A stretch of 63,010 nt of DNA, filler included, from an uncultured bacterium (lineage in GTDB: Bacteria; CAYJRR01): the NCBI GenBank assembly GCA_964372275.1. It is 12 parts of 12 records of this genome, joined end to end, with 100 filler letters (N's around TTAATTAATTAA, not from the genome) between each part and the next. Parts side by side here need not be neighbours in the genome. Positions count along the whole stretch, not along the records: positions 29,024 to 34,554 come from CAYJRR010000196.1; positions 34,655 to 39,891 come from CAYJRR010000198.1; 10 more parts are not named here. One strand, written 5' to 3'. The notes beneath the pieces were generated by a model. It was given only the letters and a program-made list of their open reading frames with translations, did not search any database and was not told where the DNA came from. Shown here one piece after another: positions 30,411-39,346 of the stretch. The translations under genes and the position numbers were made by a program. Position 1 is the stretch's first letter. Each line of letters starts with the position of its first letter.

Positions 30411-32180
30411 TCAGTAGCCGGTATGGACGTGAACCGGCGCCGACATGCACCCCACGTAGCCGTTGTCGGTATAGTGGCCGTCGTTCGACGTCGCCGCCCC
30501 GCGCAGGTTTCTTCCGAGTTGCGAGAAGTCGTTCGTTGGAAGCCAGTTCGCGGATTGCCGGGCGTTCTGGATCGCCACCCGGACCGTGTCGGCCGACGGC
30601 CCCGCCTCGAACCACGAGTGAACCAGGCTGGTGTCGTCGTCCGCGCAGGCGGCCAGGTCGCCGTCCCAGGCGGCATGAACCGGGTGGTTCTCCGTCGATC
30701 CGAAGTTGCAGGCCGGACTCGCGCGGTTGTTCAGGTTGTCGATCGACTTGCAGGAGTTCCCCGAATAACAGCTGATGTCGTGGGCGTACCAGGTGCAGGT
30801 CGACTTGTACGTGGCCTTGAAGTTCTCCAGGTGGAACTCCCGCCGGCTGATCCAGTCGTATCCTCCGGTGTCGAACCCGGCCCCCCACCAGCCGCACCCT
30901 TCGCCCGACCGCGGGCTCCCGTGGGCGCCGACCATCTCGAAGGCGAGCTGCTTGCCGGCACGAACCTTGGTGCGGTGACTCGCGATCGCGTCCCAGATCC
31001 TCCGGAACTCCGCCTGATTGTGCGCCCGCACGGCGGCGACCGCCGCCGGATCGGGCGGCACCCACACCACGACCGGCACGCCCGGGAAGGCGCCGCGGAT
31101 GGTGTAGTAGCCCTTGGGCATCTTCTTGAAGTTCGGCGTCGCTTCGTCGACATCGCAGCCGAGCGCACGCAGACCGGAGGCGATCCCTCCGAGGTCGGAG
31201 AAGAGCCATTCATGTTCGAAGTAGTCGATCACCAGCGCCGCGCAGCCGAGTCGAAGCTGCGGACACGCCGGCGTCGGCGTGGGGCTCTCGTCGACGATGA
31301 CCGGGGGCTCGTCCTCCTCCGGCGGCGAGGCGCTCGGCTCCGGACTGGGCGTCGGTGAATCGATCACCGTCGTGCCGGGAACGGGAGTGGGGCGAACCTC
31401 GGTGCCGGGATTGGTCTCTCGCGGCGTCGGCGTCGCTTCCCTCGGCGTCGGCGTGGACGGCGCGGGTCCCTCCGGGACCGGCTCCTTCCACTCCAGGCCC
31501 GGAGTCGCCGAGACGAACAGGGTGAACCCGAACGTCCGGCCGTCGTGGCGAAGCCAGACGGCGATCGCATCTCCGTCCTTGGCGGACGGACGCGGCTCGA
31601 CGTCCCATCCTCCGGCAACCGCCTTCAACGACGCCTCGCCCTTGACGATCCGCGCGTCGGTCCGCCCGTCCGATCGCTTCGCGACGATCCGGCTCGGCCG
31701 TCCCGGCTCGAGCCGCAACGCGGCCGCGGCGATCGGCGAGCGGAAGGCGCACGGCAGCTCCTTCGACCACGTGAGCGCAGGAGCCGCGCCCGACGCGACC
31801 CGCTCCTGCAGCAACGTCACGTCGCGCTCCTCGATCCGCCCGTTCTCGTCGAGGTCCGCGGCCGCCGGACAGGTCGCGCGTTCCGTCCCCTCCCCCGGAG
31901 AGCCTCCGCGTTCGGCGAGCGCCCGGGCCAAGGCGAGGTCGGCCTCGTCGACGACGTCGTTCTCGTCGAGATCGCCCATGGCGAACAACGGGAACTCGCC
32001 CCGGCGCAAGTCCCGTAGAAAGGTCGACCAGCGCGGATCGGCCGACGGAAGGCGCGGCGATTCGACCGGCGCCGGCGTCGGGGCGGGCGTCGGCGTCACC
32101 GTCGAGGACCGGTTGGACTTGCACGAATTTGCGACGAGCGCGAAAAGCGCCAGCGCGATCGGTAGTCGCCCACGAATCAC
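30411..32180 (-). CDS. Lipoprotein with dockerin-like Ca-binding repeats, Pro/Thr linker and putative caspase-fold cysteine protease domain
   Basis: Signal peptide ending ANSC; GDLDENDVVDEADL / ADLDENGRIEERDV; ALVIDY..DLGGIASGLRALGCDV, MVGAHG, HDISCYSG. Confidence 0.72.
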   Translation of the reverse strand: MIRGRLPIALALFALVANSCKSNRSSTVTPTPAPTPAPVESPRLPSADPRWSTFLRDLRRGEFPLFAMGDLDENDVVDEADLALARALAERGGSPGEGTERATCPAAADLDENGRIEERDVTLLQERVASGAAPALTWSKELPCAFRSPIAAAALRLEPGRPSRIVAKRSDGRTDARIVKGEASLKAVAGGWDVEPRPSAKDGDAIAVWLRHDGRTFGFTLFVSATPGLEWKEPVPEGPAPSTPTPREATPTPRETNPGTEVRPTPVPGTTVIDSPTPSPEPSASPPEEDEPPVIVDESPTPTPACPQLRLGCAALVIDYFEHEWLFSDLGGIASGLRALGCDVDEATPNFKKMPKGYYTIRGAFPGVPVVVWVPPDPAAVAAVRAHNQAEFRRIWDAIASHRTKVRAGKQLAFEMVGAHGSPRSGEGCGWWGAGFDTGGYDWISRREFHLENFKATYKSTCTWYAHDISCYSGNSCKSIDNLNNRASPACNFGSTENHPVHAAWDGDLAACADDDTSLVHSWFEAGPSADTVRVAIQNARQSANWLPTNDFSQLGRNLRGAATSNDGHYTDNGYVGCMSAPVHVHTGY

Positions 32181-32380
32181 GATCTCTCCTCCGGACGAAG
32201 TTCCTGCGCGACGGCGAGCTCGATGCCGCCGCGCTCCCAGCGTCCTATCACGACTCGACCCCGCTCTGGACCGTCAACTTGACGCAGGTCCCTGCGACGG
32301 GATGGGCGGCGACTACCCACCACCGGCCCGCCCGCCCCGATGGCGCCGCCGATTCTCCAGGCGTTTCACCACCGGCGTGC

Positions 32381-32396
32381 GGGTATCACCTTTGCA
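32381..32396 (+). promoter_or_regulatory. Candidate sigma54 promoter
   Basis: GGGTAT-CACCT-TTGCA, ending 13 nt before GTG 32410. Confidence 0.5.
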
Positions 32397-32409
32397 CAGC
32401 GGCGCGCGC

Positions 32410-33696
32410 GTGAGGCGCCTGTCGTGGATGATCGTTCTGGCACTGGCCGCCCTCCCCGGCCGGGCGCCCGGCCACCCCGCCGGGGACCGCTGCGCGACCT
32501 CCGAGGCTCCGCTCCGCGCGATCGGCGAGTCGCTGCGACAAGCCGAATCGACGGACACGGGCTCGGAACTCCGTCTCGTCTCGGAGGGGGTGGTGCTCGA
32601 TCCGGAGACCGGCCTCCTCTGGGAGCGCGGCGTCTCCCGCGAGCCGCTGGACGGCGCGCGCGCCGAGCAGAGATGCCGCACGCTCGATCTGGACGGCCTC
32701 GCCGGGTGGCGGCTGCCGACCCGGGAGGAGCTCCTCTCGTTGGTCGACGCTTCACGCGGCGAGTCGCCGATCGATCTCGCGGCGTTTCCGGCGACGCCGC
32801 CGGAGTGGTACTGGAGCGCGACCCCGTTTCCGGGGGCGGAGCGGTTCGTCTGGGGGGTCAGCTTCGAGTACGGCGGCGCTCACTACCTCTGGCGGGAGGG
32901 ACTCTATCGAACCCGCTGCGTCCGAACGGCCCTCCCGGGACCGTCGGCGGGACGGCCGGCGCGGAGGCCGGAGCCCGTCCCCGGGGTGACGCCGAACGCG
33001 GGGGTGCGCTCGATCGAACCGCGGGGCGAGCACGCGATCCTTCGTCTCGAGGCGACCCCCGGGGAGACGCTCCCGCGGTTCGAGTCCGGACAGACCCTGC
33101 TGGTGGGACTCCCCGACGGAGACGGGTGGGTACGGCGGCGCTACACGGCGACGTCGGTGCCCTCCGAGCGAGGCGTTGTCGAGCTGCTGGTCCGCCGGCG
33201 GGAGGGGGGCGCGGTATCGACGCGCCTTCACGCGCTTCGACCGGGCGCGCCGATCCACGTCTCACCGGAGGTGCGCGGTCCGCGACTTGCGGAGCAGCTC
33301 GGGGAGCGAGACGTCGTCCTCGTCGCCACCGGCGTCGGGATCGCGCACTTTCTCTCGTGGCTGCGATCCGAACCGTGCACCGATCGTCGGGTGACGATCC
33401 TCCAGGGCGGCGGACAGGTGGAGGACCTCTGGCTCCGCGACGAGCTCGAGGGGATGGCCCGCCGCTGCGACTCGTGGCGCTACGTGCCGGTGGTGCGCGA
33501 CCCCTCGGCCGGCTGGCACGGGGAGCGCGGACCGCTGGAGGAGGTCGCTCGCCGCTGGACGAGCCGGGGGCTCGATCCCGCGCGAACCCGGGTGGCGCTC
33601 TGCGCCAATCCGGGGTTGATCGAATCGCTCGCCGAGGCGTTCGGTCGCGACGGCTTCCGGCCCGGATCCGATCTCTTCTGGTGCGAAGCCGACTGA
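32410..33696 (+). CDS. Signal peptide + DUF1566 (Lcl-type) domain fused to a ferredoxin-NADP-reductase-like domain
   Basis: VLDPETGLLWE, GWRLPTREELLSL, YWSAT, W.VSF..G, RCVR; then RRRYT, GGAVSTRL, LVATGVGIAHF, CANPGLI. Confidence 0.78.
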   Translation: MRRLSWMIVLALAALPGRAPGHPAGDRCATSEAPLRAIGESLRQAESTDTGSELRLVSEGVVLDPETGLLWERGVSREPLDGARAEQRCRTLDLDGLAGWRLPTREELLSLVDASRGESPIDLAAFPATPPEWYWSATPFPGAERFVWGVSFEYGGAHYLWREGLYRTRCVRTALPGPSAGRPARRPEPVPGVTPNAGVRSIEPRGEHAILRLEATPGETLPRFESGQTLLVGLPDGDGWVRRRYTATSVPSERGVVELLVRRREGGAVSTRLHALRPGAPIHVSPEVRGPRLAEQLGERDVVLVATGVGIAHFLSWLRSEPCTDRRVTILQGGGQVEDLWLRDELEGMARRCDSWRYVPVVRDPSAGWHGERGPLEEVARRWTSRGLDPARTRVALCANPGLIESLAEAFGRDGFRPGSDLFWCEAD

Positions 33697-33753
33697 CGTA
33701 TCCTCCCGCGGCCGCCGGACGCATTCGTCCGGACCCTTCCTTCAGGAGGCCTC

Positions 33754-34281
33754 ATGCTCGCGACACTCGTCTCCGCCTCGATCGCCGTCGGACTGTTCGG
33801 CGCCGCCGCCACCGCCGAGAAGGCCGAGGTGCATCCCGCCCCCGCCCCGCACGCCGCGTTCGACAAGCTCAAGGCGCTCCTGGGGGACTGGCAGGCGCCG
33901 ATGCCGGAAGGGAAGACGGCGACGGTCAGCTACCGGCTCGCCTCGAACGGCACGGTGATCGTCGAGACGATGAACGGCGGCACGAAGGACGAGATGATCT
34001 CGGTCTATCACCGCGACAAGGACGGCCTGCAGATGACGCACTTCTGCAGCATGGGGAACCAGCCGCGCCTGCGCGCCGCGAAGTGGGACGGCGACAAGCT
34101 CGCCTTCCGATTCGTCGACGTCACCAACGCCGACGCCAAGAAGGGGGGCTTCATCGACGGCCTCACGATCGTGATGAAGGACGCCGACCACGTCGACGCC
34201 ATCTGGACCTCCAAGGACCCCGCCGGCAAGACCCAGCCCTGGGCCTTCAACCTGACGCGCGTCAAGGCGTCGGGGATGTAG
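33754..34281 (+). CDS. Conserved secreted hypothetical protein
   Basis: AGGAGG SD, signal peptide; FDKLKAL.G.W, EMISVYH.D, THFCSMGNQPRL. Confidence 0.8.
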   Translation: MLATLVSASIAVGLFGAAATAEKAEVHPAPAPHAAFDKLKALLGDWQAPMPEGKTATVSYRLASNGTVIVETMNGGTKDEMISVYHRDKDGLQMTHFCSMGNQPRLRAAKWDGDKLAFRFVDVTNADAKKGGFIDGLTIVMKDADHVDAIWTSKDPAGKTQPWAFNLTRVKASGM

Positions 34282-34450
34282 CCTCCGTCCACGTCTTCCT
34301 GGACGCACGCCGGGGCCCGCCGGGTTGCGCGCGCCTTCTCGCCACGGCGCACGCGCCTGCTTCGCGTCCGCCCCGGCGGCAAGCATCCTTGCCTCCTCGA
34401 GTCGTGCCGTCGACCCGGTTGCTACCGGACGGTTCGGCGCCCGAAAAGTC

Positions 34451-34494
34451 GAAGGGCCGCGTCGTCCGGAAAGCTTCGGAAGACACGGCCCTTC
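34451..34494 (-). terminator. Hairpin immediately downstream of tRNA-Gly
   Basis: GAAGGGCCG...CGGCCCTTC stem, followed on the minus strand by GACTTTT. Confidence 0.6.
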
Positions 34495-34497
34495 AGA

Positions 34498-34554
34498 TGG
34501 AGCGGGAGACGAGGCTCGAACTCGCGACCCTCAGCTTGGGAAGCTGATGCTCTA
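34498..34554 (-). tRNA. trnG: tRNA-Gly(CCC), 5' end cut by the contig edge
   Basis: TAGAGCATCAGCTT-CCC-AAGCTGAGGGTCGCGAGTTCGAGCCTCGTCTCCCGCTCCA. Confidence 0.93.
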
Positions 34555-34654
34555 NNNNNNNNNNNNNNNNNNNNNNNNNNNNNNNNNNNNNNNNNNNNTT
34601 AATTAATTAANNNNNNNNNNNNNNNNNNNNNNNNNNNNNNNNNNNNNNNNNNNN

Positions 34655-35021
34655 CGGTCGGTGTGCCGGTATACGAATGGAAGGGTTCGAACATCCTAGA
34701 TACGGGGGTGGGATGGCTTGCGTCTCCGAGACCGGGGACGATCGACTCCAGCGCCCGAAGGCGGGTCGTCCGCGTCTCGGCCCGAGCGGAGAGCGAGGCC
34801 TGGCGGCGCGCCGACTCGGCGAGGAAGTGCGGATACGATTCGAGCGTCGTTGCCGGCACCGGTCCCGCGCGCCGGTCGCCGTTCCGGATCGGGACCACCG
34901 TTCGCCGCGCGTATCCGGGCCGGTCGGCGTTCGCGATGTTCTCGCTCGCGACACGGGTCCGGTAGGACGCCGTCGAGAGGGCGGTCGATCCGAAGCGCAG
35001 GATCCCGAAGAGATCAGACAT
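34655..35021 (-). CDS. flgK: Flagellar hook-associated protein 1, N-terminal fragment
   Basis: G..AL...VASENIANADRPGYARR; position after flgM and flgN. Confidence 0.85.
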
Positions 35022-35487
35022 GCGCGCTCAGCCTGGCGTACGCGCCGTCGGTCCGGGACGCGAACGCGAACCGGATCGCGGCGGCGTTGTTGCGGAGCGC
35101 GGATTCGATCGCCTGTCCGGCGGCGACCCTCGCCATTGCCGCGACGTGGACGGCATCACGAAGCTTTTCCTGCGCGGCGCGGAGGCGAGCGCGCGCGGAC
35201 TCCGGCGCAATCGCCAGGACTTCGGAGATCCTGGCCAGAGGCCGCGGCCGCCTCGGATCGATCTTCGCCAGCTGTTCGCGCCGGACGCGATCCAGGTCGT
35301 CGATCCGGCGGGTCGCGGCTTCGCGTCGCGCCAACGCGAGGGACATCGCCGACGTCGGCTTCAGGGAGATCGACCGGGTGATCTCCTCGTCGATGGCGGC
35401 GAGCTGGAGCAGACCGCCGGCTTCGGCCTCCACCGCGTCGGCGAGCCGCACGTACGGAAGGCCGGCGATGTCGGTCCGGGTTCTCAT
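35014..35487 (-). CDS. flgN: FlgN-like export chaperone
   Basis: Helical 157-aa protein between flgM and flgK, overlapping both; call rests mainly on synteny. Confidence 0.6.
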   Translation of the reverse strand: MRTRTDIAGLPYVRLADAVEAEAGGLLQLAAIDEEITRSISLKPTSAMSLALARREAATRRIDDLDRVRREQLAKIDPRRPRPLARISEVLAIAPESARARLRAAQEKLRDAVHVAAMARVAAGQAIESALRNNAAAIRFAFASRTDGAYARLSAHV

Positions 35488-35819
35488 CGGATGAGCGACA
35501 ACTCCTCCGCAAGGATGCGCGCGGCGAGGACGGCGTCGGGCACGGCGGCTCGCGAGGCGAGGCGGGCGCGCGCGGCCGCGACCTTGTCGGGCCGGATCTC
35601 GGCGTTTCGATTCGCCGCCTTCGTGAGCTCGGCGAAGTCACGCGCCCCGTCGGAGACTTCGACCCGCACCGCGCCGATTCCGCTCGGACTCTTCGTGGCC
35701 TGGGCGCGCGCCGAGGCATCGCCCTCGCGGCGGACGGCTCCGGTCGCCGTCGGATCGGTCGACGAATCGACGCGTCCCTTCTGCGTCAACTTGGGATCGA
35801 GATTTCCGCCGATCTTCAT
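35484..35819 (-). CDS. flgM: Anti-sigma28 factor FlgM-like
   Basis: MKI start, RVEVSDGAR, EIRPDKVAAAR; synteny. Confidence 0.7.
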   Translation of the reverse strand: MKIGGNLDPKLTQKGRVDSSTDPTATGAVRREGDASARAQATKSPSGIGAVRVEVSDGARDFAELTKAANRNAEIRPDKVAAARARLASRAAVPDAVLAARILAEELSLIR

Positions 35820-35827
35820 CGTCGCTC

Positions 35828-36856
35828 CTATCGGACCTTCCGGACCATCTCGGGCGGAGGCGCCACCGGAACCCCATTCGACCGCAGCTCGAAATGGAGA
35901 TGCGGTCCGGTCGACCTACCCGACGATCCACTTCTCGCAAGCGCCGTGCCCGCCTCGACCTGCTCCCCCGGGCGGACGGAGACCGATTGGAGGTGGGCGT
36001 AGCGGGTGCGACGTCCGTTCCCGTGGTCGATCTCGACCACGTTGCCGTAGCCGGCCATCGGGCCGGTTCCGCGGCCGGCATAGGTCACCCTCCCGCCGTC
36101 GACCGCCCGGACCGTGGTTCCGGCCGGAAGTGGAATGTCCACGCCACGATGCATCTTCGTGCGCCCGCTGATCGGATCGGCCCGAAGGCCGAAGCCGCTC
36201 GAAATCCGGGGGGTGGTCGGCGAGCCGGGAACGACTCCGGAAAGGGGGCCCGCCTCCGGGCGAAGCGCCTCGGGAAGCACGGCCGGCGGAGCCTTCGGCA
36301 AGGCCTGGCCCAGCGCGGCTCCGGCGGCGTACGCCGCCTCGACCGTCAACGGATTGACGGCACCGACAACCGGTGAACGGTCCCCGAGCGCCGCGGCGAC
36401 CGGCGCCAACGCCGAATCCGCCAGGCGAGCGGCGCCGATGTCGAGCGGCGGCGCCGGTGGGCCGGGGCGTGTCATCGGTTCGGCGGCGGGCAACGCCTTG
36501 GACGACGGGACCACCGGCAGCATCGCCGGCGACAGCCGCCGTTCGAGATTCGCCAGCGCGTCCCGAGCGGGCCCCTTCGCGCCCGACCCCGCCTGCGGAT
36601 CGGGGAAGGGAAGGAGCGCGCCGGTCTTGGCGATCATCTGCGCCAGATGCCGCGAGAAGAGGTCGGCGGCGAAGCCCGACTGCGCATCGCCGGCACCCTT
36701 GAAGGCGTCGCCGATCCAGGAGCGGGTCAGCGTCTCCACCAGCAGCAGCTGGAAGGCCTGGAGCGCCTCGGGCTCGGTCTTGATCTCGGGAGCCATGGCC
36801 GACCGGGACGCGGCGTCCGGGAGCACGCTCAGCCGCGCCAGGTCGAGGGGGTTCAT
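35828..36856 (-). CDS. flgJ: FlgJ-position protein: divergent rod-binding N-terminus plus M23 metallopeptidase
   Basis: Directly after flgI; ISSGFGLRADPI, HRGVDI, YGNVVEIDH, YAHL, STGPHLHFE. Confidence 0.75.
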   Translation of the reverse strand: MNPLDLARLSVLPDAASRSAMAPEIKTEPEALQAFQLLLVETLTRSWIGDAFKGAGDAQSGFAADLFSRHLAQMIAKTGALLPFPDPQAGSGAKGPARDALANLERRLSPAMLPVVPSSKALPAAEPMTRPGPPAPPLDIGAARLADSALAPVAAALGDRSPVVGAVNPLTVEAAYAAGAALGQALPKAPPAVLPEALRPEAGPLSGVVPGSPTTPRISSGFGLRADPISGRTKMHRGVDIPLPAGTTVRAVDGGRVTYAGRGTGPMAGYGNVVEIDHGNGRRTRYAHLQSVSVRPGEQVEAGTALARSGSSGRSTGPHLHFELRSNGVPVAPPPEMVRKVR

Positions 36857-37974
36857 CGGACGATGAGCTCCGCGTTCAGCGCGCCGGCGGCGGCGATCGC
36901 CTCCAGGAGCGAGATCAGGTCGCGCGGCGTCGCGCCGAGCTCGTTGAGGGACGTGGCCAGCTCGGCGACGGTGGGCTCGCCGCCCAGCGTGGCGACCTTT
37001 CCACGCTCCTCCGTCGCCGACACGGTCGCGTTGGCGATGGGCGTCGTTGTCCCGGTGGAGAAGGGGTTCGGTTGGCTGACGGCGTTCGCCTCGCGCACCT
37101 CGACCACCAATGCGCCGTGCGCCACCAGCACCGGCGAGATGCGGACGTCGCTGCCGGCGACCACCGTCCCGGTCCGCTCCGAGACCACGACCCGGGCTCG
37201 CGTGTCGGTCTTCACCCGCGCCGATTCGATGCTGGCGAGGAAGGTGACGACGTTCGAGGTGGTGGAGACGGCCAGCGGGAGGGAGACCTCGACCGTCGCG
37301 GCGTCGAGCGGCGTGGCGACATCGGCCCCCGCCGCGGCGTCGATCGCGGCGGCGGCGCGCATGGCGGTCGTGAAGTCCGGATTGGTGAGGTCGAACTGCA
37401 TCCGGCCACCGACCGGGAGCAGGATCCCCATCCCACGCTCGATCACCGCGCCCCCGGCGATCGTCGCGGAGGTCGGGGTGTTCTTCTTCGTTCCCGACCC
37501 GGCGCGCGCCTCGGCGAATCCCCCGACCACCACCATCCCCTGGCCCAGCGCGTAGACCAGGCCGTCGGGTCCGACGAGCTCGGTGCGAAGGAGCATCCCC
37601 CCGGCGAGGCTCTTCGCGTCGCCCGCCGACGCGACCTGCACGTCGATCCGCTGTCCCGGGCGCGCGAACGGAGGAAGGTTCGCCGTCACCATCACCGCCG
37701 CGACGTTGTTGGCGGCGAGGTCCTTCGGCTGGATGTGGATCCCTTGCCTCGCAAGCGCGTTCGACAGCGTAAGCACCGTCTGCTTCGCCGTCTTTCCGTC
37801 GCCGGTGCCCGCGAGACCGACCACCAGGCCGTAACCGGTGAGGGTGTTGGTCCGGACTCCGCGAAACGTTCCCAGGTCCTTGAGACGCGCCTCGACCCCT
37901 TCCGCGCGGGCGGACGGCCCCGACGTGAGCAGGGCCATCGAGAGCAGGATCGTCGCGTTCTTCAGAATGGCCAT
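36853..37974 (-). CDS. flgI: Flagellar P-ring protein
   Basis: GVRTNTLTGYGLVVGLAGTGD, NVAAVMVTANLPPF, ERTGTVV, AGALNAEL. Confidence 0.96.
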   Translation of the reverse strand: MAILKNATILLSMALLTSGPSARAEGVEARLKDLGTFRGVRTNTLTGYGLVVGLAGTGDGKTAKQTVLTLSNALARQGIHIQPKDLAANNVAAVMVTANLPPFARPGQRIDVQVASAGDAKSLAGGMLLRTELVGPDGLVYALGQGMVVVGGFAEARAGSGTKKNTPTSATIAGGAVIERGMGILLPVGGRMQFDLTNPDFTTAMRAAAAIDAAAGADVATPLDAATVEVSLPLAVSTTSNVVTFLASIESARVKTDTRARVVVSERTGTVVAGSDVRISPVLVAHGALVVEVREANAVSQPNPFSTGTTTPIANATVSATEERGKVATLGGEPTVAELATSLNELGATPRDLISLLEAIAAAGALNAELIVR

Positions 37975-38675
37975 ACCCAATCCATGGCGCGGAGGAGCCA
38001 TCCGACCCGCTGCTTCTCGGAGAGCACGCCGCTGCCGGTGTAGGAGATCTTCGCGTCGGCGATGGTGGTCGAAACCACCGTGTTGTCCGGCCGGACGTCC
38101 TGCGTTCGGACGATGCCGGTGAGCATGATCTTTTCCACCTCGCCGTTCACCCGGACCGAGCGCGACCCGCGGATGACGAGGTTGCCGTTGGGGAGGACCT
38201 CCTCGACGACCGCGGTGACGCGGGCGGTGAACGAACCGCTGCGCACCGTGTCCCCCTGTCCGAGGAAGCTCGTCCCGGTCTGCGCCCCGACCAGCTCGGA
38301 CGGCGATAGTCCCGGGAAGCTGTTCACCGCCATCGCCGGCAGCCCGGCCAGCGCCGAGATCCCGGCCGACGCCGACGCGTCCCGGCGGGTCGCCGTGCGA
38401 GCGTTCTTGGCCGACGCCGCCTCTTCGACGATGAGGATCGTCAGCAGGTCACCTCGCCGGCGCGCCGTCGGATCGGAGAAGAGCGAGGCCGAGCCTTCGG
38501 TCCAGAGACTGCCGGTCTCCGGCGCCGGTGCGGGCGGAGCCTCCTCGACCAGCCGGCCCGGTTCGTTCAGCGTGCCCGAACGGAGCGGTTTGAGCTGCGC
38601 GCATCCGGCGTCGACCACCATCACCAGGGGGAGCGAGACCCAGAGCGGGGCCCGGTTCGACGTCGTGCGATTCAC
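37962..38675 (-). CDS. flgH: Flagellar L-ring lipoprotein
   Basis: GSLW..LFSD..A..GDLLTI, VLPNGNLVIRG, GIVR..D, IADAKISY.GSG, WPF. Confidence 0.95.
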   Translation of the reverse strand: MNRTTSNRAPLWVSLPLVMVVDAGCAQLKPLRSGTLNEPGRLVEEAPPAPAPETGSLWTEGSASLFSDPTARRRGDLLTILIVEEAASAKNARTATRRDASASAGISALAGLPAMAVNSFPGLSPSELVGAQTGTSFLGQGDTVRSGSFTARVTAVVEEVLPNGNLVIRGSRSVRVNGEVEKIMLTGIVRTQDVRPDNTVVSTTIADAKISYTGSGVLSEKQRVGWLLRAMDWVWPF

Positions 38676-39343
38676 GGGGACACCTCCTGGCGGGCGACGG
38701 CACGGTGGCGTGACTCGACGACCGCCTCGACCGGCCGGCGGGCGCCGACCAAGCGCACGCGGATCACCTCGCCGCGGCCGCCGCCGGAGAGCGCGACCGC
38801 TTCCGATCGAATCGAGAGCAGACCGGACGTCCGGCGCAGCTCGAGGCGGTCGCCCGCCTTCACCGCTTCCGGGTCCTCGACGTCGGCGCTCCGCACCGGT
38901 ACCCCGGCGCGGACTCCGCGCTTCACGCGGCGGCCGACGATCTCGTGCCGGGGCACGACCCCCGCGGGACCCAACTCCACGACCGCCGTCGACAGATCGG
39001 CGTCGGCGATCACCGTCCCCTGCGTGAGATCGCGGGCCGCGATCGGACCCTCGACGCGGACGTGCACGTTCGCTTGTACCCATGCGCGGTCGGCCGTGCG
39101 ATCGCCCCACGCGACCTGGAACGCGATCGGGCCGACGACGCGTCCCGGAGTGGAGGAGAGCACCGAGACCGGACCGCTCGCGCGGGGTTCGGGCGACGTC
39201 AGCTCGATCCGCACCTGGCTGCCAGTCCACGGAAAGGACGCGGCGACGTACCGTTCGACGGCGCACGAGGCGGTCGCGCACGGCATTGTAGTCTCCGCCG
39301 GGATCGCCGCCGCCGTCGCGAGCAGGAAGAGGATGGCGCCCAT
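38672..39343 (-). CDS. flgA: P-ring formation chaperone
   Basis: Signal peptide, SAF-like AARDL..G.VI, VKAGD, A.AL..G..GEVIRVR; between flgG and flgH. Confidence 0.85.
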   Translation of the reverse strand: MGAILFLLATAAAIPAETTMPCATASCAVERYVAASFPWTGSQVRIELTSPEPRASGPVSVLSSTPGRVVGPIAFQVAWGDRTADRAWVQANVHVRVEGPIAARDLTQGTVIADADLSTAVVELGPAGVVPRHEIVGRRVKRGVRAGVPVRSADVEDPEAVKAGDRLELRRTSGLLSIRSEAVALSGGGRGEVIRVRLVGARRPVEAVVESRHRAVARQEVSP

Positions 39344-39346
39344 GCG

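Noticed and set aside
34281-34554. tRNA-Gly 3' end as an island attachment site
   Set aside because: Its terminator follows directly; no integrase or duplicated tRNA 3' end is seen on the contig
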